Source: an uncultured bacterium
Lineage (GTDB): Bacteria > Chloroflexota > Dormibacteria > Aeolococcales > Aeolococcaceae
NCBI GenBank assembly: GCA_963716555.1
Contig: CAVQTJ010000002.1
Location: 241,311-305,310, forward strand
Direction: 5' to 3'
Length of the DNA stretch: 64,000 nt
Made by a program: the position numbers and the translations under genes. Shown here piece after piece: positions 19,335 through 29,122 of the stretch. The notes under the pieces were generated by a model, which was not told the DNA's origin, searched no databases, and saw only the letters and a list, made by a program, of their open reading frames with translations. How positions within the stretch are numbered: the first letter of the stretch is position 1; every line of letters begins with the position of its first letter.

Positions 19335-19360
19335 GGCTGGCGGCCCGAAGGCCGCCAGCC
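19335..19360. terminator. Perfect 11-bp hairpin between convergent genes
   Basis: GGCTGGCGGCC-CGAA-GGCCGCCAGCC read directly. No strong U-tract. Confidence 0.55.
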
Positions 19361-19441
19361 CGCCCGTGTCTCAGATTGATCCCAGCCGGTGCTGGGCCTG
19401 GGTCCGACCGCTATCTGTTGTTTGGATGATCAGTCTCCACA

Positions 19442-20728
19442 TCAGGAGTTGAACTGCACGGCCGGGATGTAGGGCGCCAATCCCTCGTTGCCGCCGTCAC
19501 AAGTAGCGGTCGGGTACTGGGCGAAGGTCGTGCTCACGGCCGAGCAGGTGACTTCCCCGGGGCCAACGTCGTTGTACGCGTGGTCGTATCCGTTCCCGTC
19601 CGCGCTGGACGCGAGCGAGGTGAACACGTACCCGTTGTCAGTGTCCGCTCCGACGCTGATCTGGCTGGGACCAAACTCGCTCGAGAGCTGGACATTCACT
19701 CCGCCATCAACCGAATTCTGAGCATCGTTGTACTGGATTCCGAAGATGACCGTGCCCGGAAGCGTCACTGGCGCGTACGAGCCCCAGTCACTGAAGGTGA
19801 TGTTGAAGTTGGCGATGCCACAGGTGGGATCGCCTGCACCAGCGCCCGTCGTGCAATAGGCTGAACCATATCCCCCGTTGGGAGCCGCCGGGACACTGAA
19901 GCTTTGCTCATCGGTGGCGATCAGGGTACCGGGCAAACCCCCCGTGCCCGGATTGTAGATGTTGAGCGTGATGTCCATCGAACCCGCGGGGTTGACGTCG
20001 AAGTTCGCCATGTCCACGACGACGTTGTTCAGGACGCCGCCCCCGTTCGCCAGGCTGATCTCGTTACCGAACTCACCCATCTGAATGCAGTAGAAGCAGA
20101 GCGAGGCCTGGTATGTGGAGGAATCAATTCTGCTGTTGTAGAGAACCCCAGGCGAGTTGGCCCAGGACGCCGGTCCCGGGGCAGCGCACTGCTCGTTGGC
20201 CGCCGCTCCGTCAGCCCAGTTGTTCGAGCACTGAACCGCGTAGAACGTGACGGTCACAACAGCCGTCTGACCCTGATACGAGTTGTCCGCACTGCTGGAG
20301 AGGGTGTAGTCCACGGTCGCCGTGTAGGGGCCCGCCCCATCGGCGCCATTGAAGGCGTTGCCGACGCTGCTACCGATCACGACCGGGTTGGCGCTGGTTT
20401 GGGTCGTGCCGTTGATCGAGAGGCTGAGCTGTGAGCTCAGGATGCCCGACACGGTTGCCTCGGCCCCGATGTAGGCGGGCAGGCTGCCCCCATAGTTAAC
20501 CGTGAAGGCGCACGAGCCGGTGTCACCGGGCTCGAGGTTGGTCGCCGTCGGGCACGAGGCACTCTGCGGGGTGTTCAGGGTCACCGTTCCCGCCGTGAAG
20601 GTGGTGCTCGTGCCCGGGGATGTGGCGCTGAAGAGCGAGAAGCTGGCCCCGATCGTCAGGGCCGCGATGGCCCCAACCCCAACCACACCCGTGAACACCA
20701 GCGCAAAGCGCTTGGTGAAGAGATGCAT
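19442..20728 (-). CDS. TasA/camelysin-like exported protein (SipW-type signal) with an extra roughly 230-aa C-terminal domain
   Basis: N-terminus TM + SLFSATSPGTSTTFTAGTVTL, then PGDTGSCAFTVNYGGSLPAYIG and NSYQGQTAVVTVTFYAVQ, hallmarks of the TasA/CalY (M73-like) fold family. Confidence 0.75.
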   Translation of the reverse strand: MHLFTKRFALVFTGVVGVGAIAALTIGASFSLFSATSPGTSTTFTAGTVTLNTPQSASCPTATNLEPGDTGSCAFTVNYGGSLPAYIGAEATVSGILSSQLSLSINGTTQTSANPVVIGSSVGNAFNGADGAGPYTATVDYTLSSSADNSYQGQTAVVTVTFYAVQCSNNWADGAAANEQCAAPGPASWANSPGVLYNSRIDSSTYQASLCFYCIQMGEFGNEISLANGGGVLNNVVVDMANFDVNPAGSMDITLNIYNPGTGGLPGTLIATDEQSFSVPAAPNGGYGSAYCTTGAGAGDPTCGIANFNITFSDWGSYAPVTLPGTVIFGIQYNDAQNSVDGGVNVQLSSEFGPSQISVGADTDNGYVFTSLASSADGNGYDHAYNDVGPGEVTCSAVSTTFAQYPTATCDGGNEGLAPYIPAVQFNS

Positions 20729-20873
20729 CTGATGGTTCTCCTGTGACGCTTGGTAGCTATTGACTGGCTAGGGTCCAATGCGCATACGATGCGACTGTGT
20801 CGCCGACTTGCATTCGCTCAGTGGTGCCTCCTCTCTTCCCCTGCTCGTTGATGATCGCGATGTGGATTCGTCG

Positions 20874-22085
20874 CTAGCCCTCCTGGACATCGCCGGTGGC
20901 GGCGCGCCGACGTCGGGCCTCCTCCTCACCCAGGGCGGTCCAGCGTCGCCGGATCTCCTCCTCAGCCAGATACACCACCGGGATCATCACCAGGATTGCG
21001 AAGGTGAGTGGTTGGTGCAGCGTTGAGAGCGCGTACGCGCCGAAGGGAATCCGCAGCTGGTAGATGCCGAGAACCTGAGTCGGAGCAACTCCGGCCAGGT
21101 CGGGAGCGTTGTTGGCATCCCCCTTGGTTCGGTAGAGAACCGGCGACCTGAGCGATCCGCGCAGGACTTCGACGATGCGGTGGGTGACGATGAGCGAGCT
21201 GGACGCCGATTCGCGAAAGGTGATGATCTGACCGACGTGGAGGCCGGCTGCCTGCGGTTCGGTGACCGGGTCGTCCACGATCAGGTCCCCGGTGTCGATT
21301 GCCGGGGTCATCGATCCGGAGGCGACGCTGAAGACGGGATGACCCATGATCGTGTCAACCCCATCAGCGCCGTGCCGCACCAGGAAGGCGAGCGCCACGG
21401 CCACCACAGCGAGGATCACGACGAGAATGACGAACAACCGCCCCACGGCTCGGAGAGCGGTTGTGCTCCAAGGCTCGCGACGCCGCTTGAGATGAGCCGG
21501 GGGAGTCATTCGCCTGAAGTCACCCTGGCCGGCGGACGGCGTGGGCGACGCGGTCGAAGTCGGCGTTGGGCTGGGTGTGGGTGTGGGTGCCGGTGTTGGT
21601 GTGGGCGCAGCTGTGGCTGCGGGCGTGGGCACCGGCGTTGAGGCGGGCGCGGGTGAAGGCGTTGGTGACGCTGTGGCAGGGTTCGTGGGCGTCGCAGCCG
21701 GCAGCGCGCTCGGCGAAGCCATGGGTGTTGGCGACGTGAGCGAGCTCAGTGCAGGCGGGACTGGCGGCGGTGTTGTGGTCGTGCCGGGCGCTGGCGTCTC
21801 GGGCGGATCAGCGGTCGATGTCTCACCGAAGGTGGCTGACGGCGCCGACGCCTGCGCACTGAAGATCGCCCAGGTCGATCCAATCAACGAGCCGCGCAGG
21901 GCGAACACGCCAACGCTGGCAGCCAGGATTGCGTACAAAACGGCCAGCGAGCGGCGGGCGTCCCAGCGGCGCCGAGCGTCCGAAAGCAGGCGCCTCCACC
22001 CCCGCGTGCGCCGGTGACGCCGGATAGCGCGGGCGGTGCGGGTGACGCGGGGAGCTTCGCTCGGTCCCCCTCTCTGAGGCGACAA
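20874..22085 (-). CDS. sipW: SipW-type signal peptidase I (S26B-like) with a 192-aa N-terminal extension
   Basis: The C-terminal 211 aa are the peptidase core (VASGSMTPAIDTGDLIV, VTHRIV, TKGDANNAPD). The N-terminal extension has its own TM, a WAIFSAQASAPSATFG motif and a Pro/Thr/Ala-rich linker. An internal ATG at 21509 would give a canonical-length enzyme. Confidence 0.75.
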   Translation of the reverse strand: MSPQRGGPSEAPRVTRTARAIRRHRRTRGWRRLLSDARRRWDARRSLAVLYAILAASVGVFALRGSLIGSTWAIFSAQASAPSATFGETSTADPPETPAPGTTTTPPPVPPALSSLTSPTPMASPSALPAATPTNPATASPTPSPAPASTPVPTPAATAAPTPTPAPTPTPSPTPTSTASPTPSAGQGDFRRMTPPAHLKRRREPWSTTALRAVGRLFVILVVILAVVAVALAFLVRHGADGVDTIMGHPVFSVASGSMTPAIDTGDLIVDDPVTEPQAAGLHVGQIITFRESASSSLIVTHRIVEVLRGSLRSPVLYRTKGDANNAPDLAGVAPTQVLGIYQLRIPFGAYALSTLHQPLTFAILVMIPVVYLAEEEIRRRWTALGEEEARRRRAATGDVQEG

Positions 22086-22287
22086 CCTTCTCTCCTAGAT
22101 CCCGCCCGTCGCACCACGGCCGGGGCGGAGCACGAGGCTGGCCGTCACCGAGTGCGCCGCGTGACCGCCGGGCAGCACCGCATGTCGAACTCGGCCCTGC
22201 ACGGCTCAGCCTCACCTCCCGACCCACCCCGGAACCCCTGGCCCCGACGGTGAGCGCGCGCGCTCCCGACCGGGCCGGCCCGCCGTC

Positions 22288-23934
22288 TCAGTCGCGACGG
22301 CGGCGGGCAGGACCCGGCACTGCGCCGTTCGGTATCTCACCCTCCGGTCCGAGCCGCATCTGCAAAATTGAGGAGGTGTTCGCAAACGCAGGCGGCATGA
22401 TCGGGAGCCGCACCCGAGCCGACAGTCCTGGAGAGGCCTCGCCGATGGTCCGGTGGGTGGGTGTCAAGCAGATCTCACCGCCCTCGGACTCGACGAGCTC
22501 GCGGCACTGAGAGAGGCCGAGCCCACTCCCGGGGAGCCCGGACGCGGCAGCTCCCCGCCATCCAGGCTCAAAAGCCCTCTCCATATCCGACCCAGCGAGG
22601 CCCGGTCCGTCGTCCACGATGGTGATCTCGACCATGCCCCCGCCAGCAGAAGCATCGCGCTTTGCGGTCACGGTGACGGCTGCGAGCGGAGCATGCACCA
22701 GCGCGTTCGCCAGCAGGTTGTTGACAACCAGGGTCACCCGGTCGGGACGTCCGCGCACCATCAGGCCGGGCTCGACCATGACAAGCCACGCAGCGGTTGG
22801 GGTGATGTGCAGGGCGACAATCCCGAGCAGCAGCTCGGAGAGGTCATAGGGGCAAGCCACACCGCCATCCGCGGCCAGGACCCTCCTCAGGTGCTGAATC
22901 TGTCCGCGCACCGCTGTGATCAGCCGGTCGCCGTCCTCAACCCGCAGCTGAGCCCGCTGACCGGACAGGACCAGTAGCGCTCCGTCGATGGCGGTGAGCA
23001 TGCTGGCGATGTCATGGCTGGTCCCGCTCTGTGCGGAGCGGACGCGGGCCAGCTCGGTCTCCGCGGCGGCCCATCGGCGACGGCCACGCACGTCCTGGAG
23101 GACAACAGCGCCCAGGACTGATCTCAGGTCGATCGCTGCCAGCAGCAAGAGCTGTACCGCGCCAATCAGCAGGAAGAATGACGGCGGCGCTGCGGGAGCC
23201 GTGGTCGCGTCCAGCCGGCCCGCGGAGACGGCGGCGCAGCCGGCCGAGATGGAGATCAGCGCCACCGCGGTCGCTGCGATCACCAGATGCCCGGCGCGGA
23301 TCCCTCGAACCAGCAGGGGGGCGGCCACCATGGCACATGCCAGCGCCTCCAATGCCCTCACGCTGCCGATGCCGTCGCGGCTGCGCTGCGCCTCCACGAT
23401 CAGCGGGGTGAGTGCGAGGGCCAGGACCAGGGCCCCCCCGGCCGCCCAGCTCGCCACGACTCCGGGGCGGAGGCCGGAGCACACCTCCGGCAGGCCCAGT
23501 ACCCCGAGGAAGAGGACCAGCGCCAACAGCAGGGCGGTGGTCTGCAGCGCGGCCAGGTATCCGGGCATCGGATCGCCGGCGTAGATCGCAGGCACCACGA
23601 GGAGCCCAACCAGGATGGTGCCGGCGCCGATGGCGACGCTGGCCGCCTCGCCCACCAGGCGCCAGCGCATCAGAACCACCGCCCCTGCAGCGAGGAACAC
23701 CACCGACGCCGTGCCCGCTGTCGCCACCGAGGCGGCCTGCACGGGGAAGCCGGGAACGGCGCGGGTCACCCCGATCGCCGCCAGCGGCACCGCGATGACC
23801 GCGAACAGCGCCCACCCCGCCACTCGCGCCGCCAGCGGATCGGCGAGCCGGGGAACGATCCCACGGCGATCGGAGCCTCGGTAGCCGGATGAGCTGGACC
23901 CGGTGAGGAGCATCAGCGGGTACAGCACCGACAT
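22288..23934 (-). CDS. Membrane sensor histidine kinase
   Basis: Roughly 270-aa polytopic N-terminus, H-box SGTSHDIASMLTAIDG, and HATPase motifs NLLANALVHAP, DDGPGL, GSGLGLS. Confidence 0.8.
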   Translation of the reverse strand: MSVLYPLMLLTGSSSSGYRGSDRRGIVPRLADPLAARVAGWALFAVIAVPLAAIGVTRAVPGFPVQAASVATAGTASVVFLAAGAVVLMRWRLVGEAASVAIGAGTILVGLLVVPAIYAGDPMPGYLAALQTTALLLALVLFLGVLGLPEVCSGLRPGVVASWAAGGALVLALALTPLIVEAQRSRDGIGSVRALEALACAMVAAPLLVRGIRAGHLVIAATAVALISISAGCAAVSAGRLDATTAPAAPPSFFLLIGAVQLLLLAAIDLRSVLGAVVLQDVRGRRRWAAAETELARVRSAQSGTSHDIASMLTAIDGALLVLSGQRAQLRVEDGDRLITAVRGQIQHLRRVLAADGGVACPYDLSELLLGIVALHITPTAAWLVMVEPGLMVRGRPDRVTLVVNNLLANALVHAPLAAVTVTAKRDASAGGGMVEITIVDDGPGLAGSDMERAFEPGWRGAAASGLPGSGLGLSQCRELVESEGGEICLTPTHRTIGEASPGLSARVRLPIMPPAFANTSSILQMRLGPEGEIPNGAVPGPARRRRD

Positions 23935-23943
23935 CGGGTCCCC

Positions 23944-24648
23944 CTACCGAACCCACCGGGCGGGGCCATCCCTGGTCAACGGCAATCTCGCCCTGGCCAC
24001 CGCCGCGAGCTGGCTGGAGACGCCGAGCTTGCCGAGGATCGATTGGATGTGGCTTCTGACCGTGCCGATGGTGAGAGAGAGGGTCGATGCGATCTGCACC
24101 GCGCTCTCCCCGTCGGCGAGGGACCAGAGGATCTCTCGCTCGCGGGGTGTCAGCCTCGCCATCCGCCGCCTCACCTCGCGCTCTGCCTCCAGGCGGGCTG
24201 AGCCGATCTGCATGAGCAGGGGACGGTCGGCGTCACTGACCAAGGACCGGTGCCGCATCACGGCCTCGGCAGCCTCGATCAACCGCTCGAAAGGTTGGGC
24301 CTTGCTCACCCATCCTGAAGCGCCCAGGCTGAGAGCCGCGCCGAGGCGGGACTCCTCGGTGCTCGCGGTGACCACCAGGACCTGCGCGCCCACCGCCCGA
24401 AACCCAGGGATGAGGTCGAGGCCATCGTTGCCGGCGAGCCCGAGGTCCAGCAGCGCCAGGGCGGGGCGCAGTCGGGCGGCCTGCTCGAGAACCGTCTCCC
24501 GGCCAGTCAGCGAAGCGACGCAGCAAGTGAAACGATCGGAGAGGGCGAGGGCCAGGGTGTGTGCCAGCATCGTGTGGTCCTCGACGATCAGGATGTCCAC
24601 CGACCTCTCCGCCGGACACCGCTGCGGGAAAGTCACGAGTTCAGCCAT
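23944..24648 (-). CDS. NarL/LuxR-family response regulator
   Basis: REC domain (DILIVEDH..., LLDLGL) plus LuxR HTH (LTPREREILWSLADGESAVQIASTLSLTIGTVRSHIQSILGKLGV). Confidence 0.85.
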   Translation of the reverse strand: MAELVTFPQRCPAERSVDILIVEDHTMLAHTLALALSDRFTCCVASLTGRETVLEQAARLRPALALLDLGLAGNDGLDLIPGFRAVGAQVLVVTASTEESRLGAALSLGASGWVSKAQPFERLIEAAEAVMRHRSLVSDADRPLLMQIGSARLEAEREVRRRMARLTPREREILWSLADGESAVQIASTLSLTIGTVRSHIQSILGKLGVSSQLAAVARARLPLTRDGPARWVR

Positions 24649-24847
24649 CCCCGCCGGCCCATCCGCTCCGACTGGGCGCGACAGTGGATCGAGGCGAGCC
24701 CCTCGGTCGAACCCCCAAACTTTCCCCCACACCTGCCGACCGGGTGGCCCCCGATTTCAGCGCCGGTCAATGTACACCCGCCACTGAAGGCGCGTATGTA
24801 TGCGACCGTACCAACCAGCGGCCGGCTCAGGCTATCAGGCCCGATGC

Positions 24848-25399
24848 CTACCCTCTCGGCTCGTACCGCATCGCCACCGCCCCCGAGGCGAACTCCAGCC
24901 GGCTCACGAGCTTCAAGTCGACGTGCTTCGATAGTCCCGCGCACAAGGTCGGCCCATGGCCCGCGAGCCTGGGATGCACCACGAACTCGTACTCATCGAT
25001 CAATCCCAGCTCCGTCAACGCCATTGGGAGCTTCACACCTCCCACGAACAGACCCTTGCCCGACTCGCGCTTGAGTTGCTGAACGGACTTGGCCAGATCC
25101 CCGCGCACAAGTTCCGCGTTCCAATCGACCTGCTCCAGGGTGCTCGACACGACGTACTTCTTTGCCGCGTTGATCGTCTGGGCGAAAGACTCCATCCAAT
25201 CAGGTCTCGCTCCCGTCGGCGCCGGCGGCCGCCACGCTGATTCCATCATTTGGTACGTCACCCGGCCGAAGAGAAGGGCATCGGCCTGATTGAGGTTCTC
25301 GACCGCGTGACGATGCAGGTCTTCGTCTGCGGGGATCCCCGCACGATGATCGCAACACCCGTCCAATGTGACGTTGATGGAGTACCGAAGGGGTCGCAT
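24848..25399 (-). CDS. Dihydrofolate-reductase-like (RibD C-terminal domain) protein
   Basis: MRPLRYSINVTLDGC...LLFGRVTYQMM...GGVKLPMALTELGLIDEYEFVVHP. Confidence 0.75.
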   Translation of the reverse strand: MRPLRYSINVTLDGCCDHRAGIPADEDLHRHAVENLNQADALLFGRVTYQMMESAWRPPAPTGARPDWMESFAQTINAAKKYVVSSTLEQVDWNAELVRGDLAKSVQQLKRESGKGLFVGGVKLPMALTELGLIDEYEFVVHPRLAGHGPTLCAGLSKHVDLKLVSRLEFASGAVAMRYEPRG

Positions 25400-25606
25400 T
25401 TCGGAAGAGTACCGCCGATGGGGTGCACCGCACGTGCCATCCCACCGCGCCATACCGGAGCGACCACCTTACCGTGGGTGAGTGGTATCCGACCGGCCAA
25501 GCGATCTCGCTTGAGGGCGGTCGAGTCTGCGACGCCCGCCCGCCGGTCGGGAGAGACTGGGGAGGCGCCGCCCGCGCTGGGTGGGGCGCCTCCCCGTCAG
25601 CTCAGA

Positions 25607-26989
25607 TCAGTGGCCTCCCGGCCCGTGCCCGTGGTGCCCCGGCCCCGAGAGGGCCTGGACGAACTCGGCCACGTCGATGGTCCCGAGCCCGCTGGCCAAG
25701 TCGTAGCCCGGTCCGGCGTTGAACCCGGTGACCCCGGCGAAGGTGTTGTTGCCGCTGGTGATGTCGACGATTCCGCTGTCCTTGTGCCCGGCCATCTTGT
25801 AGAGGGTGGGGTTGAGGTAGCCGACGTCACGGCCGTTGGCCTGGTCGGCGAGCGCGACCACCCCCGCCATCAGCGGCGAGGACTCGCTGGTGCCGCCCAC
25901 GATGAACCAGCCACCCCAGCCAGGTGATGTGTCAAGGACGTCGACTCCGCCGTTGACCGCGGCACTCATGCTCAGGTCGGGGACGCCGCGCTGGCGGCCC
26001 ACCACCTTGGAGACCGAGTCCTGGAACTGCGGGCGGGAGAAGACCACCGACAGGCCGCCGCCACCAGCCCCGTAGCCGTCATTCCAGACGACGTCGGGCG
26101 AGGTGCGGTTGCCTGCGGCATTGAGGTGCAGTTGGGTGCCGCCCATCGCCGTGACCAGCGGATCGGTGGCCGGCCAGGCCACCACCGGGTACGGGTAGAG
26201 GGTCGAGAGGTTGGACTCGTAGTCGGTGGCGCCCGCGTCGCCGGTCGACGCGAGGACGGTGACGTTGTGGGCCTCTGCGTTGAAGTAGGCGCTGCGCAGC
26301 TCCTGGATCGACTGGTTGTCCGGGAAGGTCTCCTCGGTGGCCGCGAAGCTCTGGGAGATCACGTCACCGAGGTGATGGTCGATCACGTAGTTCTCGGCGT
26401 AGACGATGTCCGGGAATCCCTGGACTCCCTCGGTCTCCGAGTCCGGGGTCTCGACCAGCAGGATGTTGGCGCCCGGCGCCATGGAGTGGGACCACTCGAC
26501 GTCCAGGCTGGTCTCCAGGCTCCAGCCTTCACAATCGGACACCCCGAACGGGTCGTCCGTGCAGGGCGGTACCGGCCCGGCCGGCTGGATGATGTGGAAG
26601 GAGGGCGGCGCCGGCAGCCCCTGCTCCGAGTCGAAGGTCGCCAGGTCGCTCTGGATGTTCGGCGAGCCGAACGCGTCGACGATCACGATGGTCTTGCCCC
26701 GACCGGTGATCCCGTGCGCGTAGAGCGCGTCGGCGTCATATGCCTTCTCCAGCTGGAACGGCTGATAGCAGGCGATCCCGAAGTCGGCCTCGCACTCGGC
26801 GGTGGTGGGCGGCTGGGCGAGGTCGCCCTTGGCCAGCACGTGCCCCGCGGAGAGGGGAACCAGCCGAAGGGCTGCCACCGCAGCCGAGGCCGCCGGGACC
26901 ACCGGCAGCGCCGCTCCGCTGAGCACAGCCACCCCGCCTGCCGCGAGCAGGCGCGAGAAGCTCCAGGCACGTCGTTGATGCATGATCAC
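25607..26989 (-). CDS. Secreted S53 (sedolisin/kumamolisin-like) serine peptidase
   Basis: Signal peptide, IVIVDAFGSP, ETSLDVEWSHSMAPGA and catalytic-Ser motif GGTSESSP. Confidence 0.8.
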   Translation of the reverse strand: MIMHQRRAWSFSRLLAAGGVAVLSGAALPVVPAASAAVAALRLVPLSAGHVLAKGDLAQPPTTAECEADFGIACYQPFQLEKAYDADALYAHGITGRGKTIVIVDAFGSPNIQSDLATFDSEQGLPAPPSFHIIQPAGPVPPCTDDPFGVSDCEGWSLETSLDVEWSHSMAPGANILLVETPDSETEGVQGFPDIVYAENYVIDHHLGDVISQSFAATEETFPDNQSIQELRSAYFNAEAHNVTVLASTGDAGATDYESNLSTLYPYPVVAWPATDPLVTAMGGTQLHLNAAGNRTSPDVVWNDGYGAGGGGLSVVFSRPQFQDSVSKVVGRQRGVPDLSMSAAVNGGVDVLDTSPGWGGWFIVGGTSESSPLMAGVVALADQANGRDVGYLNPTLYKMAGHKDSGIVDITSGNNTFAGVTGFNAGPGYDLASGLGTIDVAEFVQALSGPGHHGHGPGGH

Positions 26990-27226
26990 GCAAGCCTCCT
27001 AACCCTTCGTCCCTAACCCTTCGTCCGATGCCGCCGCCGTCGGCAGCGCCTTCCGAACGTAGCAAAGGGGACGCCCGGTGTCCATATGGACTCTGGCCAT
27101 GCCAATGTGGCGTGACAGCCGATCGGAGGGGCGGCAAGCCGAGGCCCGGAGCCAGCTTTTGGGTGAAATGAACCCCTATCCCCTGCAAGCATACCGTGGT
27201 ACGACGTACCGTAGTATGCTCGACCG

Positions 27227-27481
27227 GTGAAGGTCGACAAACTCAGCGTCTCCTTCCCACCTGACCTCGGTGACGAGGTGCGCGCGGCCGCCGGCCGCTC
27301 GGGTCGGGGGTTGTCGGCATGGCTGGCCGATGCGGCGGCGGCGAAGCTTCGGACCGAGGCCCTGGCAACCTTCCTCGAGGAATGGGAGGCTGAGCACGGT
27401 CTGATCAGCGAGGAGGAGCTGGCGTTCGCCCGACACGAGCTCGGGCTGCGCACCCCGGCAGGACGCACGCCGGCAGCGTGA
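27227..27481 (+). CDS. Antitoxin (RHH-like) of a VapBC-type pair
   Basis: 84 aa (KLSVSFPPDLGDEVRAAAGRSGRGLSAWLADAA). Stop overlaps the toxin GTG. Confidence 0.65.
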   Translation: MKVDKLSVSFPPDLGDEVRAAAGRSGRGLSAWLADAAAAKLRTEALATFLEEWEAEHGLISEEELAFARHELGLRTPAGRTPAA

Positions 27482-27861
27482 GCGCCCTGGTCCTGGATGC
27501 CGGAGCCCTCGTCGCCGTCGATCGCGGCGACCGACAGATGATCGCGCGCCTCCGGGTCGCCCACAGCGATGGCTTCGACCTGCGCACCACCGGGGTGGTG
27601 GTCGCCGAGGCGTGGCGCAACACAGCCGGCCGGCAAGCCCGGCTGGCGCGGGTGCTGCGGGCAGTGGACGTGAAAGCGGTGGATTTGGAGCTCGGCCGTC
27701 GCGCGGGTGCCCTGCTTGACCTGAACCACAGCGACGATCCCGTGGATGCAACGGTCGTCTGCGCAGCCAACAGCGGCGATCGCATCCTGACCGGTGACCG
27801 CGATGACATCAGCCGCCTGGTCTCCGCCTCCGGCCGTTCGATCCTTGTGATCGGCTGCTGA
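27478..27861 (+). CDS. vapC: PIN-domain toxin (VapC-like)
   Basis: LVLDAGALVAVDRGD...DATVVCAANSGDRILTGDRDDI. Confidence 0.8.
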   Translation: MSALVLDAGALVAVDRGDRQMIARLRVAHSDGFDLRTTGVVVAEAWRNTAGRQARLARVLRAVDVKAVDLELGRRAGALLDLNHSDDPVDATVVCAANSGDRILTGDRDDISRLVSASGRSILVIGC

Positions 27862-27997
27862 CGTCACCGCCGAAAGTGCCGCGAACCCTTCCGCACACTC
27901 CGCCCCAGGGGGAATTACGCAATACCACCACACCGCTCGCCAGCACGGGCCCAGCTGACGGCTGGACCCGTGGTGGCATTCAGAAAGCTCGACGACC

Positions 27998-28909
27998 TCA
28001 GCTCTCGGTGAAGTCGCTGGAGAGCTCCTCGGTGTCGCCGGTGTTGCTGGTGGTGGTGACCCCCGTCTCGAAGAAGCAGTCGCCACCAAAGGAGAGGCCG
28101 ACTGACTGGACGTTCTGGACGGCCTCGGTGAACGCCTCGGTGACGGCGGGGTTCGCCCCGCTCTGGCCGTTCCAGTCGGACCACATGCCGGGGTCCGACA
28201 TGCTGGCCGAGATCATTTCCGGCCCCTGATCTCCGGTGAGCAGCTGCAAGGACTCAGGGTTGGACCACCAGAATTTGGTGTAGAAGCCGGCGGGCGGCGA
28301 CCCCCCGCTCGACCCGGACGCCGATGGAGAGGTGAAGTAGAACCTCACCGCAGCGGGTGTGTTGCTGGCGCAGTCGCCACCATCATCCTGCGTCATGAAG
28401 CCGCTCGCCGGACCGCTGAGAGAGATCGTGTCATTCAACGTCGTCGTGGATAGATCGCCGGTCAGCGAGCTGTCGGTGGTGGTGAGCAACGCGGTGTAGA
28501 CGTTGTCCTTGAAGACAAAGCTCGTGGTGGTCCCCGTCGTGGTTGCCGGCATCGAGTTCGGGGAGTGGCGCGGCGCGATCTCACGGCCCGACGGGTTGTA
28601 GTCGTACACCGTCCAGTCAGCAGTCGCGCCTGAGGGGTCGGTTGCCACGGCGCAATTGTCGGTGCCGGTGGCGTTGAGAGCATTCACCTCGGTGACCAGG
28701 TTGGCAAGCGCGGTCTGGTCCAGCGACACAGCGACGCTGTGACCGTCGCTGCAGGTGAGTGTGGTCTGGGTCCCGCTCACGACATCGGCAGCGGCGCTCG
28801 CCGGCCATGCAGCCACGGCGACAAGGCACGCCAGCGCCATGCAGACTGGAAGCGAACCCACCGGTCTCAATGCTCGCCCATACCGGGTGAGCCCGAATCT
28901 TCGAATCAC
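27998..28909 (-). CDS. Secreted hypothetical protein
   Basis: GTG start. Signal peptide ...CLVAVAAWPASAAADV. Thr/Ser-rich mature protein; no family recognised. Confidence 0.5.
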   Translation of the reverse strand: MIRRFGLTRYGRALRPVGSLPVCMALACLVAVAAWPASAAADVVSGTQTTLTCSDGHSVAVSLDQTALANLVTEVNALNATGTDNCAVATDPSGATADWTVYDYNPSGREIAPRHSPNSMPATTTGTTTSFVFKDNVYTALLTTTDSSLTGDLSTTTLNDTISLSGPASGFMTQDDGGDCASNTPAAVRFYFTSPSASGSSGGSPPAGFYTKFWWSNPESLQLLTGDQGPEMISASMSDPGMWSDWNGQSGANPAVTEAFTEAVQNVQSVGLSFGGDCFFETGVTTTSNTGDTEELSSDFTES

Positions 28910-29122
28910 GGCAGTTGTCCTCCGGACATGCTGTTGGGTTGGACCACACCCAACCACCGGCACCCTCCGATGACCTACTGCGCTCCGATCACCTCCATCG
29001 CACGACTCGCCTTCATTGACGTGGCGGTACCTCGCCTTCCTGATCGCCGCCAATAAGTTAGGCGTCCCGTACCGCCACCGTCAAACAGCGCGCACCGGCC
29101 CGCACGCGCCGCCCGCAATCCC

